From positions 14,572 through 78,571 of the forward strand of contig JAJZQJ010000005.1 in NCBI GenBank assembly GCA_021851895.1: a DNA stretch of 64,000 nt, in the 5' to 3' direction. Shown here one piece after another: positions 19,954 through 29,850 of the stretch. The stretch comes from a bacterium. GTDB taxonomy: Bacteria; Patescibacteriota; Minisyncoccia; Phycocordibacterales; UBA6899. Every line of letters starts with the position of its first letter. Position 1 is the first letter of the stretch. The position numbers were made by a program, and so were the translations under genes. The notes below the pieces were generated by a model. It ran no database searches and was not told the DNA's origin. It saw nothing but the letters and a program-made list of their open reading frames with translations.

Positions 19954-20934
19954 ATGAAACCAACGAAGCACTCCGCTTTTTCCTCATGCAAGCGCCTCAA
20001 TATCCCCTTCTATCGCTGTCCGCCGATAGCGAGCGTCTTTTTAGGCGCACTCACTGTCGCTATCATACTTGTGACTCAGCGCTTCACAGACAACATGCAC
20101 GACTCTTATGTCGCGCTTGTTGTACAGATCAGTATCGCAGCATCGCTCCTACTCATCTTCTTCCTGATCATCAATCGCCTTCAGCGCAATATTGAACGCA
20201 TCGAGGAAGAAAAGGAACATCAACATGAGATCGAAGAGATGCGAAACGAGTACACACATATCGCATCGAGAGACATCGCCGAAGCAAGCACTGCGATCAA
20301 GTGGGGCATTCGCACGCTCGAACCATCGCTTGATCAACTTGGCAAAATAGAACAACAGACGCTCATGCGTATCAGGGATCGTAATGATCACGTACTCGAC
20401 ATCGTCCGAAATCTTACACTACTCGCACGCATCGAACGAAAGGAGATCGTTATCTCTCGGGCGCAAACCGATATCAACGCTGTAGTCAATAATCTCCTCA
20501 CGATAACCGCACGTCGCACGAAAGCGCATGGCGCTCAAGTCGTCTACGTCCCACCACCAGAGCCCATCTTCGTAGACACTGACCACATCATCCTTGCAGA
20601 CATTCTTCAGTCGCTCTATACATATGCGCTTGAGCGTACTCGGGGTGTATCTGATGCGATCAGCCTACGTGCATTCACGATCAATGCAGGAGATGCTGTC
20701 ATGGCACGTATCATCATCGCTGACAACGCACCTCCGATTCCCGAATACATGCGAAAAGATATCTTTGCTCGAGTGAGTCGCGATCCAAATACCGGAGAGA
20801 TGACCAGCACGTCACTCGGACCACATGTCGCACATGCGCTCTCAGAACTCCTCGGCGTTGAATTGATCGCAACGACGACAGATGAGCAAACTTCTTTCTC
20901 GATAACTTTCCCTTCGAATACGAAGAAAAAATGA
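19954..20934 (+). CDS. Degenerate membrane sensor histidine kinase (pseudokinase)
   Basis: 2 TMs, then HisKA/HATPase layout with eroded H, N, G1 and G2 boxes. Confidence 0.75.
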   Translation: MKPTKHSAFSSCKRLNIPFYRCPPIASVFLGALTVAIILVTQRFTDNMHDSYVALVVQISIAASLLLIFFLIINRLQRNIERIEEEKEHQHEIEEMRNEYTHIASRDIAEASTAIKWGIRTLEPSLDQLGKIEQQTLMRIRDRNDHVLDIVRNLTLLARIERKEIVISRAQTDINAVVNNLLTITARRTKAHGAQVVYVPPPEPIFVDTDHIILADILQSLYTYALERTRGVSDAISLRAFTINAGDAVMARIIIADNAPPIPEYMRKDIFARVSRDPNTGEMTSTSLGPHVAHALSELLGVELIATTTDEQTSFSITFPSNTKKK

Positions 20935-20992
20935 AGCCGCCATGCGTGCTTCATTTTCTATACAAAAAGCACGCCGAAGCGTGCGTGGTTTT

Positions 20993-21415
20993 TCATCTGC
21001 GTCTTCCGTACGGAGAGCGCATCGGTGGTGGAGGCGGACTTTGCCTTCCCCTGCCTCCCCCTCCGGAGTAACCCGGACGGTAAGATGGTTGCCCCCCTTG
21101 CATGGACGGAGGATCGGTATGCACCGACCTGTCTGGAGGTGGACTGTATCGCCACGGAGGCGTGAGTGGACGAGGCTGGTATCTTGGATGCCGTGGCGGC
21201 GCTGGTCTCTGGTAGTAATGTCCCCCATACGGGACACCGGGATAATAGTAGGGATAATATCCATAGGAATAATATCCATACGGGTAATACGGACTGACCT
21301 GTCCAGGACAGGCCGGTCTTGCATGGTATACCGGCGGCCGGCATCCGACGAATGCGAACAGACCGATGATGACCAGCATCAGAACGAAAAGCGAAGAGCA
21401 GGCTCGGCGGAACAT
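20993..21415 (-). CDS. Pro/Tyr/Gly-rich low-complexity putative lipoprotein
   Basis: MFRR, hydrophobic stretch, FVGC lipobox-like; AAGGGGG SD. Confidence 0.6.
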   Translation of the reverse strand: MFRRACSSLFVLMLVIIGLFAFVGCRPPVYHARPACPGQVSPYYPYGYYSYGYYPYYYPGVPYGGHYYQRPAPPRHPRYQPRPLTPPWRYSPPPDRSVHTDPPSMQGGQPSYRPGYSGGGGRGRQSPPPPPMRSPYGRRR

Positions 21416-21555
21416 AGGACCCCCTTGTCTTTGAAGAGCTTCTCTATACATGAGTATAGCACTATGGGATGCGTACGCAAGGAGCACAAAGAAAACCGTA
21501 CATATCTGTACGGTTTTCTTTTCACTCCCAACCTATGGGTGCTAGATCTCTAGGA

Positions 21556-23028
21556 TCACTTTCCAATGTTCTTAACCCAACCGAATGCGCCTTGGAAGTT
21601 CTCGAGGATGATATCGATGATGCTCTTCTCCTTATTTGGAGTGAACAAGACGAATTTCTCGGACTCAGAAGCGTTACGCGACGGATCACGACAAGTCATC
21701 CAGAATTGATACACGGTCGACGGCGCGAATTCAAGAACGACCTCAACATGACTCGTTCTCGGCTCTTTCTCCTCTTCGAAATTCGTCGGCTCGATACTTG
21801 GGTTCAATCCTGCACGATAATGGAATGTACAATAAGCGGGTTCATCCGTCGACCAAGAGACAATGGTCTGCACCTTTGCCTCGGCTGTCGGATAGAGCGT
21901 TGACTCGTTCGATACCTTGGAAATTACCGGTGGCGTCGTATCCTTTATCGTCGAGAAGTACAGTGGCTCACTCGTCACCTTCTCGCCCGCGGCATTCTCT
22001 GCTTTCACAACTGCCATATAGCGAGCTCCGAGCACGAGACCTGCGATCTTCACCGCCTGCGTCGATGCGAATACCGGTGATCCCGCTGAGCGTACTTGCT
22101 TTGTACGAATATCGGTATACTCAACCACGCCCGATGCGGGCACGGATGTCTTCCAGCCAAGTGTCGCACTATCTGCTTCTGCCTTAATCACACGGAAGCT
22201 CTGCACCGTTGGTATCGGTGATTTCGTCATGAACGAAACATCGCGGGAATATCCAGTGAGATTCAATGCATTCTTTGAGCCAGCGCGCAGGTGATAATTC
22301 GTTCCCGAAACAAGTCCTACGATTCTCACCGTATGCTCTTTCACCATATCCCCTTCTTCCGTCGATGCACTATAGTTATCAGGGTTTGCGACATCATATT
22401 CACTCTCACGCGCGTACTGCACGATCGAAGAAGCTGGATCATCCGTCTCCCACACGATAATCGCATAATCCATACCGATCTCCGCTATACGTGGCGGCCC
22501 CATGATGTATGGTGGCCTACTCACCTGCTTCGTCACCTTCGTTATCGCATCTTGCACGACCTGTAGCGCTTCTGTTGTTTGGATCTGCTGTATCTGCTGA
22601 ACGGCTTTCTCAACATGTGCCTGCTCTTCAGGAGAGAGTCTCTGTTCTGTCTTCAGGGTAAGCGCACCCTTGGTGATCAATGTATAGTCTCCCGAAAGTG
22701 CCTGATTACCATAAACATCCTGCGAACCAACGCGCAAGTGATATAACGTCGACGGATCGAGATCGGTCAATGTCAACGTATGCTGCGTCTTATCAGAGCC
22801 CGGATCTCTCGCAATACCATAATCCTTCGTCAGACAATAATTTATCTGCGAATCAGACGGCTTATCCGTATCCCAAGACACGACCGCACTGGTCGCAGTG
22901 AGTCCACCGATCTGTATGTTCGAAATCTGTGGAGGGGTCGTATCTTGCGCAAACGCGTGCACCCCAAAAAATAGTGCCAAAGCACCCACAACAAAAAATA
23001 GTTTGTGGTGCGTGATGTGTGCTTTCAC
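21556..23028 (-). CDS. Secreted multi-FN3 domain protein
   Basis: Signal peptide; repeated SWDTD/WETDD/WKTS/WSTDE and L.P.T.Y FN3 motifs; GTG start 6 nt after TATAAT. Confidence 0.8.
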   Translation of the reverse strand: MKAHITHHKLFFVVGALALFFGVHAFAQDTTPPQISNIQIGGLTATSAVVSWDTDKPSDSQINYCLTKDYGIARDPGSDKTQHTLTLTDLDPSTLYHLRVGSQDVYGNQALSGDYTLITKGALTLKTEQRLSPEEQAHVEKAVQQIQQIQTTEALQVVQDAITKVTKQVSRPPYIMGPPRIAEIGMDYAIIVWETDDPASSIVQYARESEYDVANPDNYSASTEEGDMVKEHTVRIVGLVSGTNYHLRAGSKNALNLTGYSRDVSFMTKSPIPTVQSFRVIKAEADSATLGWKTSVPASGVVEYTDIRTKQVRSAGSPVFASTQAVKIAGLVLGARYMAVVKAENAAGEKVTSEPLYFSTIKDTTPPVISKVSNESTLYPTAEAKVQTIVSWSTDEPAYCTFHYRAGLNPSIEPTNFEEEKEPRTSHVEVVLEFAPSTVYQFWMTCRDPSRNASESEKFVLFTPNKEKSIIDIILENFQGAFGWVKNIGK

Positions 23029-23144
23029 ATGAACATTATAACACAGGAAACACACCTGGTTTCCTCGCCTCACGGATAAAAATATCCGCAAAAAGGCACG
23101 AACGAGAGGAGTGCAAAAATGAAATGCTGTGCTAAGATGAATGC

Positions 23145-23588
23145 ATGATTCACATAGCGGGAGGTGTCGTCTATAACCCGACACATGGCGTTGCGGTCGT
23201 CAATCAAAACAACAATTCCTGGTCCCTTCCTAAGGGGCATGTTGAACATGGCGAAGAGCCCAAAGACACTGCGATCAGGGAGATCTGGGAGGAAACGGGA
23301 ATACCTATCGAGAAGCTTGACTTCATCGCACCGCTCGGTTTTTATGAGCGCATGCGCATCAAACTGAATCATGATGACCCCGATGAGCTCCGCACGATAA
23401 CCATGTATCTCTTCCGAACCGAACACGAGGTGCTCAACCCACATGACTCTACAAACCCAGAAGCACGTTGGGTTCCAATACATGAAGTGAGTGCACTGCT
23501 TACGCATCCGAAAGATCGGGAATTTTTCACGAAGAGCATTCCGACAATAGAGAAATATGCTGCACGAACGTCCGACAACGAACGCTAA
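23145..23588 (+). CDS. NUDIX hydrolase
   Basis: WSLPKGHVEHGEEPKDTAIREIWEETGI Nudix box. Confidence 0.92.
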   Translation: MIHIAGGVVYNPTHGVAVVNQNNNSWSLPKGHVEHGEEPKDTAIREIWEETGIPIEKLDFIAPLGFYERMRIKLNHDDPDELRTITMYLFRTEHEVLNPHDSTNPEARWVPIHEVSALLTHPKDREFFTKSIPTIEKYAARTSDNER

Positions 23589-23979
23589 TGAACGTTATCA
23601 TGGACTGCGCTCTATGATCTTCGCATCTGAGACGCGCGATCTCCGACCGGAGCACGCTGCGATGTTTTCAGCTGAGAACGATGCGAACTTCGTCCACTTC
23701 ATCGACTCGCTATCTCCGGAAATGCATGAGCAGATCATGCGTGCTGAAGGCGGCGATACAGACGCGGCACAGGCCATAGCACTCGCCTATCAGGAATTCC
23801 GTGATCTTTTTGAAAGCGGTCTCGCAGAAAGAGACCCTGAAGTATACAATGCGTTCATCGATGCGGTTGCGCGCGGAGATGCAGATACTGCCTCAATGAT
23901 CGTCGATGAATTCTACAGACAGAGCGAGCTCGTAGACCAGCCGGTCATCGACGACGAACTCGATGCACAGTTCACATAA
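23557..23979 (+). CDS. Acidic hypothetical protein
   Basis: Clean ORF ending at a terminator; internal GDTDAA / GDADTA repeat. Confidence 0.6.
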   Translation: MLHERPTTNANERYHGLRSMIFASETRDLRPEHAAMFSAENDANFVHFIDSLSPEMHEQIMRAEGGDTDAAQAIALAYQEFRDLFESGLAERDPEVYNAFIDAVARGDADTASMIVDEFYRQSELVDQPVIDDELDAQFT

Positions 23980-23999
23980 AAACTCCCCTTGGGGAGTTT

Positions 24000-25220
24000 T
24001 TATGTGAACATCGAAAGAATACTGACAACAAACAAGGAGATCGTTATGGTCAACAGAAATCGAAGGAATAGCGCACGCTCCTCAAGGCGCTGTGTCAGCT
24101 TCGAGCGAAGTACTTCGTCATACGCATGACGTGACGCGCTCTCCAAGATGTTTCTCTTTTTTTCGAGAACATCGATCTTATGCTCAATGTCTGAGAGTTG
24201 CTCTCCACGATATCCTTCATGGAATCGCAACGAGCGCACAATGATACGTCGCTCTCGCTCAGCGCGATATAAGACGCGTTCAACCCTCTTAAGTTCGTGC
24301 AATGGACCACCATAAACCCGCCTCGACTCCATGATGTATAGCGCCCATAACGGCACAAGGAGAAGTGTGGCAAGGAGGAAGTGATTTGAGAGAAGACCGA
24401 AGATCGCTCCGTGACGGAGATACCCAACCCAAAAGACCAGAGCAGCATTGATCAATATACTTCCAAGAATGAGCATCATCCAGCCGAGAGAAAGTCGTAT
24501 GCGCTCTTTACGCTCTGCTATCCAGGAAGATACATCATGGCCGAGTGCTGCGAAAGCCACAGCCATTAGGAGCGGCATGATGCGACCCACTCCATGCATG
24601 AGCATAAGCCCTGCACCCCATAGCGGTTCAGCCTTTACCATCGCACCACCAAAGAGCGCAAGTGTCACGGGATGCACATCGACGACAGAGAGAAGCATGC
24701 CGAGCAAAAATGCACCGAATATACTTTTACCACGAGATAACCGCTCGATGAGTATTTCTCCACCAGACTGCGTGACGATCGAGATCAAATCCACCTCAGA
24801 CAGTGCGAGCGTATAGACGATCGCACCCAGGAACAGCATCCCGAAAGCAGTCCACCCCTCGACGCTATTAGAGAAAAATTCAAAGCCCATGAATCCCGCA
24901 AATCCACCAAAGAAACCAAGTAAGGCGAGTGGAAGTAGTGTCCCCACACTAAACGCAAATGACATTCCGACGAGATTCAGGACGTTTCTCCCCCGCGCAA
25001 ACGAAACGAAAGCAAGTATCGCCGGAAAAACCGCAGTTGAACCGACCAAAAAGATTCCTGATGAGAATGAGAAGAGATACCAGCCGAAATCATATACGTG
25101 CACCACACCAGCGAAATAGGTTTGGGAGAAAATCCCCCATGAAATGATGGCGAGTGTAAATATGAAAATGAAGAGCACACTAAGCGCTGTTCCAGTGCGC
25201 ATGGAAAGATGTGATTGCAT
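24000..25220 (-). CDS. CcdA/DsbD-TM-like membrane protein lacking Cys, with C-terminal coiled coil
   Basis: GAFLLGML, HGVGRIMPLL, LGWMMLILG patterns; no Cys in the protein. Confidence 0.6.
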   Translation of the reverse strand: MQSHLSMRTGTALSVLFIFIFTLAIISWGIFSQTYFAGVVHVYDFGWYLFSFSSGIFLVGSTAVFPAILAFVSFARGRNVLNLVGMSFAFSVGTLLPLALLGFFGGFAGFMGFEFFSNSVEGWTAFGMLFLGAIVYTLALSEVDLISIVTQSGGEILIERLSRGKSIFGAFLLGMLLSVVDVHPVTLALFGGAMVKAEPLWGAGLMLMHGVGRIMPLLMAVAFAALGHDVSSWIAERKERIRLSLGWMMLILGSILINAALVFWVGYLRHGAIFGLLSNHFLLATLLLVPLWALYIMESRRVYGGPLHELKRVERVLYRAERERRIIVRSLRFHEGYRGEQLSDIEHKIDVLEKKRNILESASRHAYDEVLRSKLTQRLEERALFLRFLLTITISLFVVSILSMFT

Positions 25221-25332
25221 GATGATGAATGTACGAGGTCCTGAAAGTCATACGGTGGTGATCATCCCATCACCCCAAATGACGTGTTGGGTATATTATA
25301 ACATCCCGAATTGAACGAGCACTAAGTTTCTA

Positions 25333-25554
25333 TTATTTATTCACGCGAACGCTCTTGGTTGGACTCGTATGACCCGATATGAGTGAAACCGCATCAATCG
25401 AAACACCGAAATGCGTAGCGAGTAGAGAACGCATGCGCGCATTTGCGAGACCACCTTTTCGATCCTCACGTACAGATACGTGAAAACGACCGTCAGGAAG
25501 GACTTCGACGGACTCTTCGCGCGCATGTGGCGTTATCTTTACCCTGATATCCAT
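25333..25554 (-). CDS. DUF167/YggU family protein
   Basis: VKITPHA, GLAN, LISGHTSPTK. Confidence 0.85.
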   Translation of the reverse strand: MDIRVKITPHAREESVEVLPDGRFHVSVREDRKGGLANARMRSLLATHFGVSIDAVSLISGHTSPTKSVRVNK

Positions 25555-25721
25555 GAACGATATTATAACAGAAACAATTCGACGAAGAATGCGCCGTGGG
25601 TTGCTATTCCTGCTGGATAGTGTACTATGGTGATGTTCGTGTAATTCTCGTGCGTATAGGATACTTATCCTATGTATCTCGGGAAGGTCGTCACGATTTT
25701 TAGTGTAAATTCCCGAGTATT

Positions 25722-26012
25722 ATGGCAATAAAGCTTTACGTCGGTGGTCTCCCATATTCTACAACAGATACGGAGCTCAAGGACGCGTTTGCTGCTGCTG
25801 GTACTGTAACGTCAGCTTCGATCGTCACTGATCGCGAGACCCGCCGCTCACGCGGATTTGGTTTCGTCGAGATGGACACCGAGGAGATGGCAAATGCAGC
25901 TATCGAGATGTTTCATGACAAGGAGTTCGGTGGTCGCCGCCTTACGGTGAACATCGCTCGCCCAAAGGAAGATCGCCCACAGCGCGAGTTCCGTCCACGT
26001 CAGCAGTGGTAA
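25722..26012 (+). CDS. RRM RNA-binding protein
   Basis: RNP2 LYVGGL and RNP1 RGFGFVEM. Confidence 0.95.
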   Translation: MAIKLYVGGLPYSTTDTELKDAFAAAGTVTSASIVTDRETRRSRGFGFVEMDTEEMANAAIEMFHDKEFGGRRLTVNIARPKEDRPQREFRPRQQW

Positions 26013-26046
26013 TTAAATTTCCCCCCTCGGGGGATTTTTAATTGTC

Positions 26047-26167
26047 GGTTGGTAATTTTGGCGCGGCTTGCCGCGCTTCAACATACGCCTCACTCGCCGT
26101 ATCAGCATATGGCTCATTAGAGTTCGCATGTCTCCAGCGCGACAATCGGCATCCAAAATAACCAACC
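26047..26167 (-). repeat. Dispersed structured element, copy B
   Basis: Minus strand: TTGTCGCGC-TGGAG-ACATGCG-AACTCTAATGAG-CCATAT-GCTG-ATACGG-CGAGTGAGG-CGTATGT-TGAA-GCGCGGCAA. Confidence 0.8.
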
Positions 26168-26353
26168 TCTGAGCTTTGGTTCTTGCCACGTTATTTTGTA
26201 TTTCGAAAAACTCGCCAATTTAAGTTTCCTAAAATCAAAAAGACTTCAGAATTTAGATGAAATCATGCCGGTTGGAACCCAGCAAACTCTAGCAAGGCGT
26301 ATAGGTTATACGGCGAACGAGTCATGTGGTGAAATAAGTCAAAGTTCGCCAAA

Positions 26354-26878
26354 TCATGAAGTCTTGAATTGTTTCGCGATCGCAGCGCCAAAAGCAGCTG
26401 CCGATGCTGGACCATCGGCAGTGATGACCCTCCCATCGATCACGACGCTTTCGGCAACATAAGTTGCTCCATTTCCTGACAAGATATCCCCAAGCTGCCG
26501 ATCGCCGTTCCACCCCGTCGCACGCACGCCTTCGAGCACATGTGATTTTGCAAGGACTCTGGTAGAGATACAAATGGACCCGTAGGCCATATTCGGAAGT
26601 GCTTTGACCTCAGCAAGGAAACGATACATCGTTGTATTATCCAAAGACCTCAACGCACCCGGTCCTCCGATTAGATAGATGCCATCGACTGCACTCGGTG
26701 AAAGTTCATCGATACTCATATCGACGACCACATGCTCGTTGATATTTGAAATCGCTCCACCACGATGCATAGAGAGCGTGATGACCTTATGACCCGCACT
26801 CTCGAGCACGTGTTTCGTATCGTTGTATTCCTTGCTTTGAAAACCTTCCTCAGCGATGATCAATGCTATGGTTGCCAT
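26354..26878 (-). CDS. DJ-1/PfpI family protein
   Basis: GFQSKE, IGGPGA, SICIS, VITADGP. Confidence 0.92.
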   Translation of the reverse strand: MATIALIIAEEGFQSKEYNDTKHVLESAGHKVITLSMHRGGAISNINEHVVVDMSIDELSPSAVDGIYLIGGPGALRSLDNTTMYRFLAEVKALPNMAYGSICISTRVLAKSHVLEGVRATGWNGDRQLGDILSGNGATYVAESVVIDGRVITADGPASAAAFGAAIAKQFKTS

Positions 26879-26946
26879 GAGTATAGTATAACATATGATC
26901 CAAAAGAAAAGTGCCCTCTTTTTCGGAGGGCACGGAATGAACTTCT

Positions 26947-29721
26947 TTACATCGGTTCCGGCAAAATGCTCCGGAAATCGACGTGACGATCCTTTTCGAT
27001 CTGATCCTTCAACCACGACGTAGGGCAATACGTGAGGATGGTGGGACCGTAGTCACACCCCGCCGCAGAAAGCGACGTGAAGACACCAGCATTATGCACA
27101 CGAGCGAAACCGTGGATACTGAACGGATCCTCTGTCGCTGCGGTACCCGACATCACGCCGAGATAACCCGGAGCGAAGATCGCAGCCGCTTTGTGCTTAT
27201 CGCCATAGAACTCGACGATCGATTGCACGCCACGGAAGATTCCGTTGTAATTCCCACGCTGGAGCGCATTGTTCGCGGCCTCAGCGAGACCGAAACCATT
27301 CGCTGCACCATAGCGCGCCGGGCTTCCCCGGAGCGCTATTCCGAACTCGACATCATTGCCCATATCGAGTCGAGCGAGACCGAGTGCGTCCTGGCCATGA
27401 ATCGGTGCTCCGACGAGCGGAGAGCATTCAGCAAGAAGCTCAGGACGATACGCGACGGAAACATACTGCAAAAGATGCGGCTTCATGATCTCGGAGGCAA
27501 TGAAGCCCTCGGAGATGATGCTCTCACCACGAATACCCGAATTCTTCCAGTGATTGCCGTTACCGAAAGCGATCACGGTGAGATCACGAGAATCCTTTAT
27601 GGTACCGAGCACCTCGCTCGCAGGAACGAATCTTGCCGAAGAGTTACAATACGCCTCCACAACACTACCGAGCACATCAGCGTTCGGAATGAGCGTCATG
27701 TAGAGCAACTTCTTGATCTGCTCTTCGGGACGATAGCTCGCCCCCTTCTGCACCTGATCGATGAGAAGATCCCACTGCTCCTTATTCTGCTTCCGCAACT
27801 CCCGAACACTGCTCGAAGTGGACGCCTCCTCGACCTTCTCCTTTCGGATACGCTCGAGGGCGGGCACGGAGAGCTTGTGCTCGTGCGGCTGCAAATAATA
27901 GGGATGATTTGCGCCGTGGCTCAAATCATCAGGGATGAAGTACGCATGCACACGTCCCTTCCCATGATGCTCACGCATGATGTGGAAAATAGCTCCTGTG
28001 AGGTCGAAGAGACCATACTTCGGGGAGCGCACATGCCACTCCCAAGCGTGCCCCACATGGAGGTCACTGGTCAGCATGATCGTGAAATACTTCTCACGAA
28101 TCGACTCGATCTCCTTGCGGCGGGCGCTCAGCATGCCGCCGAGATACCGGAGCGTACTGATCCGATACGACGACACGCGGACGAGACCCTCGCGCAAACT
28201 GAGCGCGAACATGCCGGGCTCAAGAAGTGACTCGCGGAAGAACTGCTCCACCGGAGTACGTTTTTCGAGCATGGCTTCTCGCTCGAGATGTGCGCGCACG
28301 TGCTGTACGTCACAAGTCGGTGGCGGAGTGCACACATAGACGAAACGCGGCTTGTCCGCACACGTGTCATTGAGCAGCGTCACCGCCCCATAGAGAGACC
28401 AGCGGTTTGCAAGGATCTCGACATCCGCAAGCTCACCAGAAAGCGTCAGCTTTTGAAGGTGATTGCGCATTTCGGAATCAAGGAGTTTCGCACTCCTCTT
28501 ATCCCAACCTGCCTCACTCACACGCCAAGTCTTCTTTTTGTGGCCGAAGACCGCCTGTCCACTCCCGACATAGAGTGCTCCGGGAATGGCATCGAGCAGT
28601 TTCTGCACGATGTAATCGTGCAGTCGCTTGTACGCCCGACGGCGATTATCCTTGGAGACGTAAGTCTGCAACGTACGTGCGATCTGATCATCGATCGCAG
28701 CCAACTGGTCCTTGAAGTCGCGGTTCTCGGGATCGGCCTTGATCAACGCGTTCTTTCGAGCACGTTCATCATTAAGACGCTTCACCTCTCGCAGTACGTT
28801 GTACCTGATCTCATAATGCGCACATCGATCGATGAGCTCGCGCTCGCCAGAGGTGAGCATGAGGTAGATCGGCGTGCTGAAACGAGGGGTGACCCCAGAC
28901 TTGCTCGTATCCCTGAAGACCTTCTTGATCCCCGAAAGGAGATTCTCGAGATCCTCGGCGAAGGTCGTGAAAATGGGCGTATCCGGCTCATCCTTCATCA
29001 GAGACTCGACGCGACGACGATAGGCCATCGGAAAGACCTGGGGGTCGATGTCGAGCGAGCTCATACGAGCGATGCTGTTTGCCGTCGCGGCACTTGCCTG
29101 ACGAACGTCCAGGTGGAGCAAGCCACCACAGATGACGACGGCGTATTTGCCGCGGCTTGCGACCTCCATCGCGCAACGCGGAACGAGCTGTGTCATTCGC
29201 GCGTCATAAGGAAGACCGAACATCAGCGACTGCAGAGGGACGATACCCTCGAGCGAGTCAGGAATGACGATCGGTTTCTCGAGCGACGACGAGAGCACGG
29301 GCACTTCAGGAACGGACTGACCGTCCGGAATGACCCGAAAAAGTCCATGCACATGTGCGGGTGGGTTCTTCGGAAGTCCCCTTCCGCGCATCCACCGCAT
29401 CTTCGCCCGAAGGAGCGACAACGGCAGAGTACTGAAATACTTCGCGATGTTCTCCTCGGGCTCTTCGTTTTTGTAGTGCGCCTCGAGCAATTTCGTGCGC
29501 TCCTTCGTCCACACGAGCGCGCCGAGGTGTTCTTGTACGGCAGACTTCGTGAAAGGAAATTCCTTCGAGAAGAGACGTACAAGATCAGGGCGACTCGCGA
29601 TGGCCGCATGCAACGCATTGGCAGGATGATCGTCCCTCAACGTACCGACCGAAATCGCACGCTGAATGAACGAGAGCAGCTTCTTCGACTTCCAGGGATC
29701 GACTGGCTTCTTCGTAGACAT
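26947..29721 (-). CDS. 924-aa hypothetical protein with calcineurin-like metallophosphoesterase motifs
   Basis: TSDLHVG, PDDLSHG, GNGNH, GDKH in the C-terminal half; AGAGGA SD. Confidence 0.6.
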   Translation of the reverse strand: MSTKKPVDPWKSKKLLSFIQRAISVGTLRDDHPANALHAAIASRPDLVRLFSKEFPFTKSAVQEHLGALVWTKERTKLLEAHYKNEEPEENIAKYFSTLPLSLLRAKMRWMRGRGLPKNPPAHVHGLFRVIPDGQSVPEVPVLSSSLEKPIVIPDSLEGIVPLQSLMFGLPYDARMTQLVPRCAMEVASRGKYAVVICGGLLHLDVRQASAATANSIARMSSLDIDPQVFPMAYRRRVESLMKDEPDTPIFTTFAEDLENLLSGIKKVFRDTSKSGVTPRFSTPIYLMLTSGERELIDRCAHYEIRYNVLREVKRLNDERARKNALIKADPENRDFKDQLAAIDDQIARTLQTYVSKDNRRRAYKRLHDYIVQKLLDAIPGALYVGSGQAVFGHKKKTWRVSEAGWDKRSAKLLDSEMRNHLQKLTLSGELADVEILANRWSLYGAVTLLNDTCADKPRFVYVCTPPPTCDVQHVRAHLEREAMLEKRTPVEQFFRESLLEPGMFALSLREGLVRVSSYRISTLRYLGGMLSARRKEIESIREKYFTIMLTSDLHVGHAWEWHVRSPKYGLFDLTGAIFHIMREHHGKGRVHAYFIPDDLSHGANHPYYLQPHEHKLSVPALERIRKEKVEEASTSSSVRELRKQNKEQWDLLIDQVQKGASYRPEEQIKKLLYMTLIPNADVLGSVVEAYCNSSARFVPASEVLGTIKDSRDLTVIAFGNGNHWKNSGIRGESIISEGFIASEIMKPHLLQYVSVAYRPELLAECSPLVGAPIHGQDALGLARLDMGNDVEFGIALRGSPARYGAANGFGLAEAANNALQRGNYNGIFRGVQSIVEFYGDKHKAAAIFAPGYLGVMSGTAATEDPFSIHGFARVHNAGVFTSLSAAGCDYGPTILTYCPTSWLKDQIEKDRHVDFRSILPEPM

Positions 29722-29850
29722 GTTGTCCTCTCTAAAAGAACCTCATCTACAATAAGCATACACTTCCCCTCAGGGCTTGCCATGTTGACAGTGCCCATAT
29801 TTTGTAACTTCCATCGAAAAAACGACACCGATGGTGCCGTTTTTTCAATT

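Noticed and set aside
20942-21553. 203-aa plus-strand Arg/Trp-rich ORF
   Set aside because: Antisense of the Pro/Tyr-rich lipoprotein, which has an SD and a lipobox-like motif.
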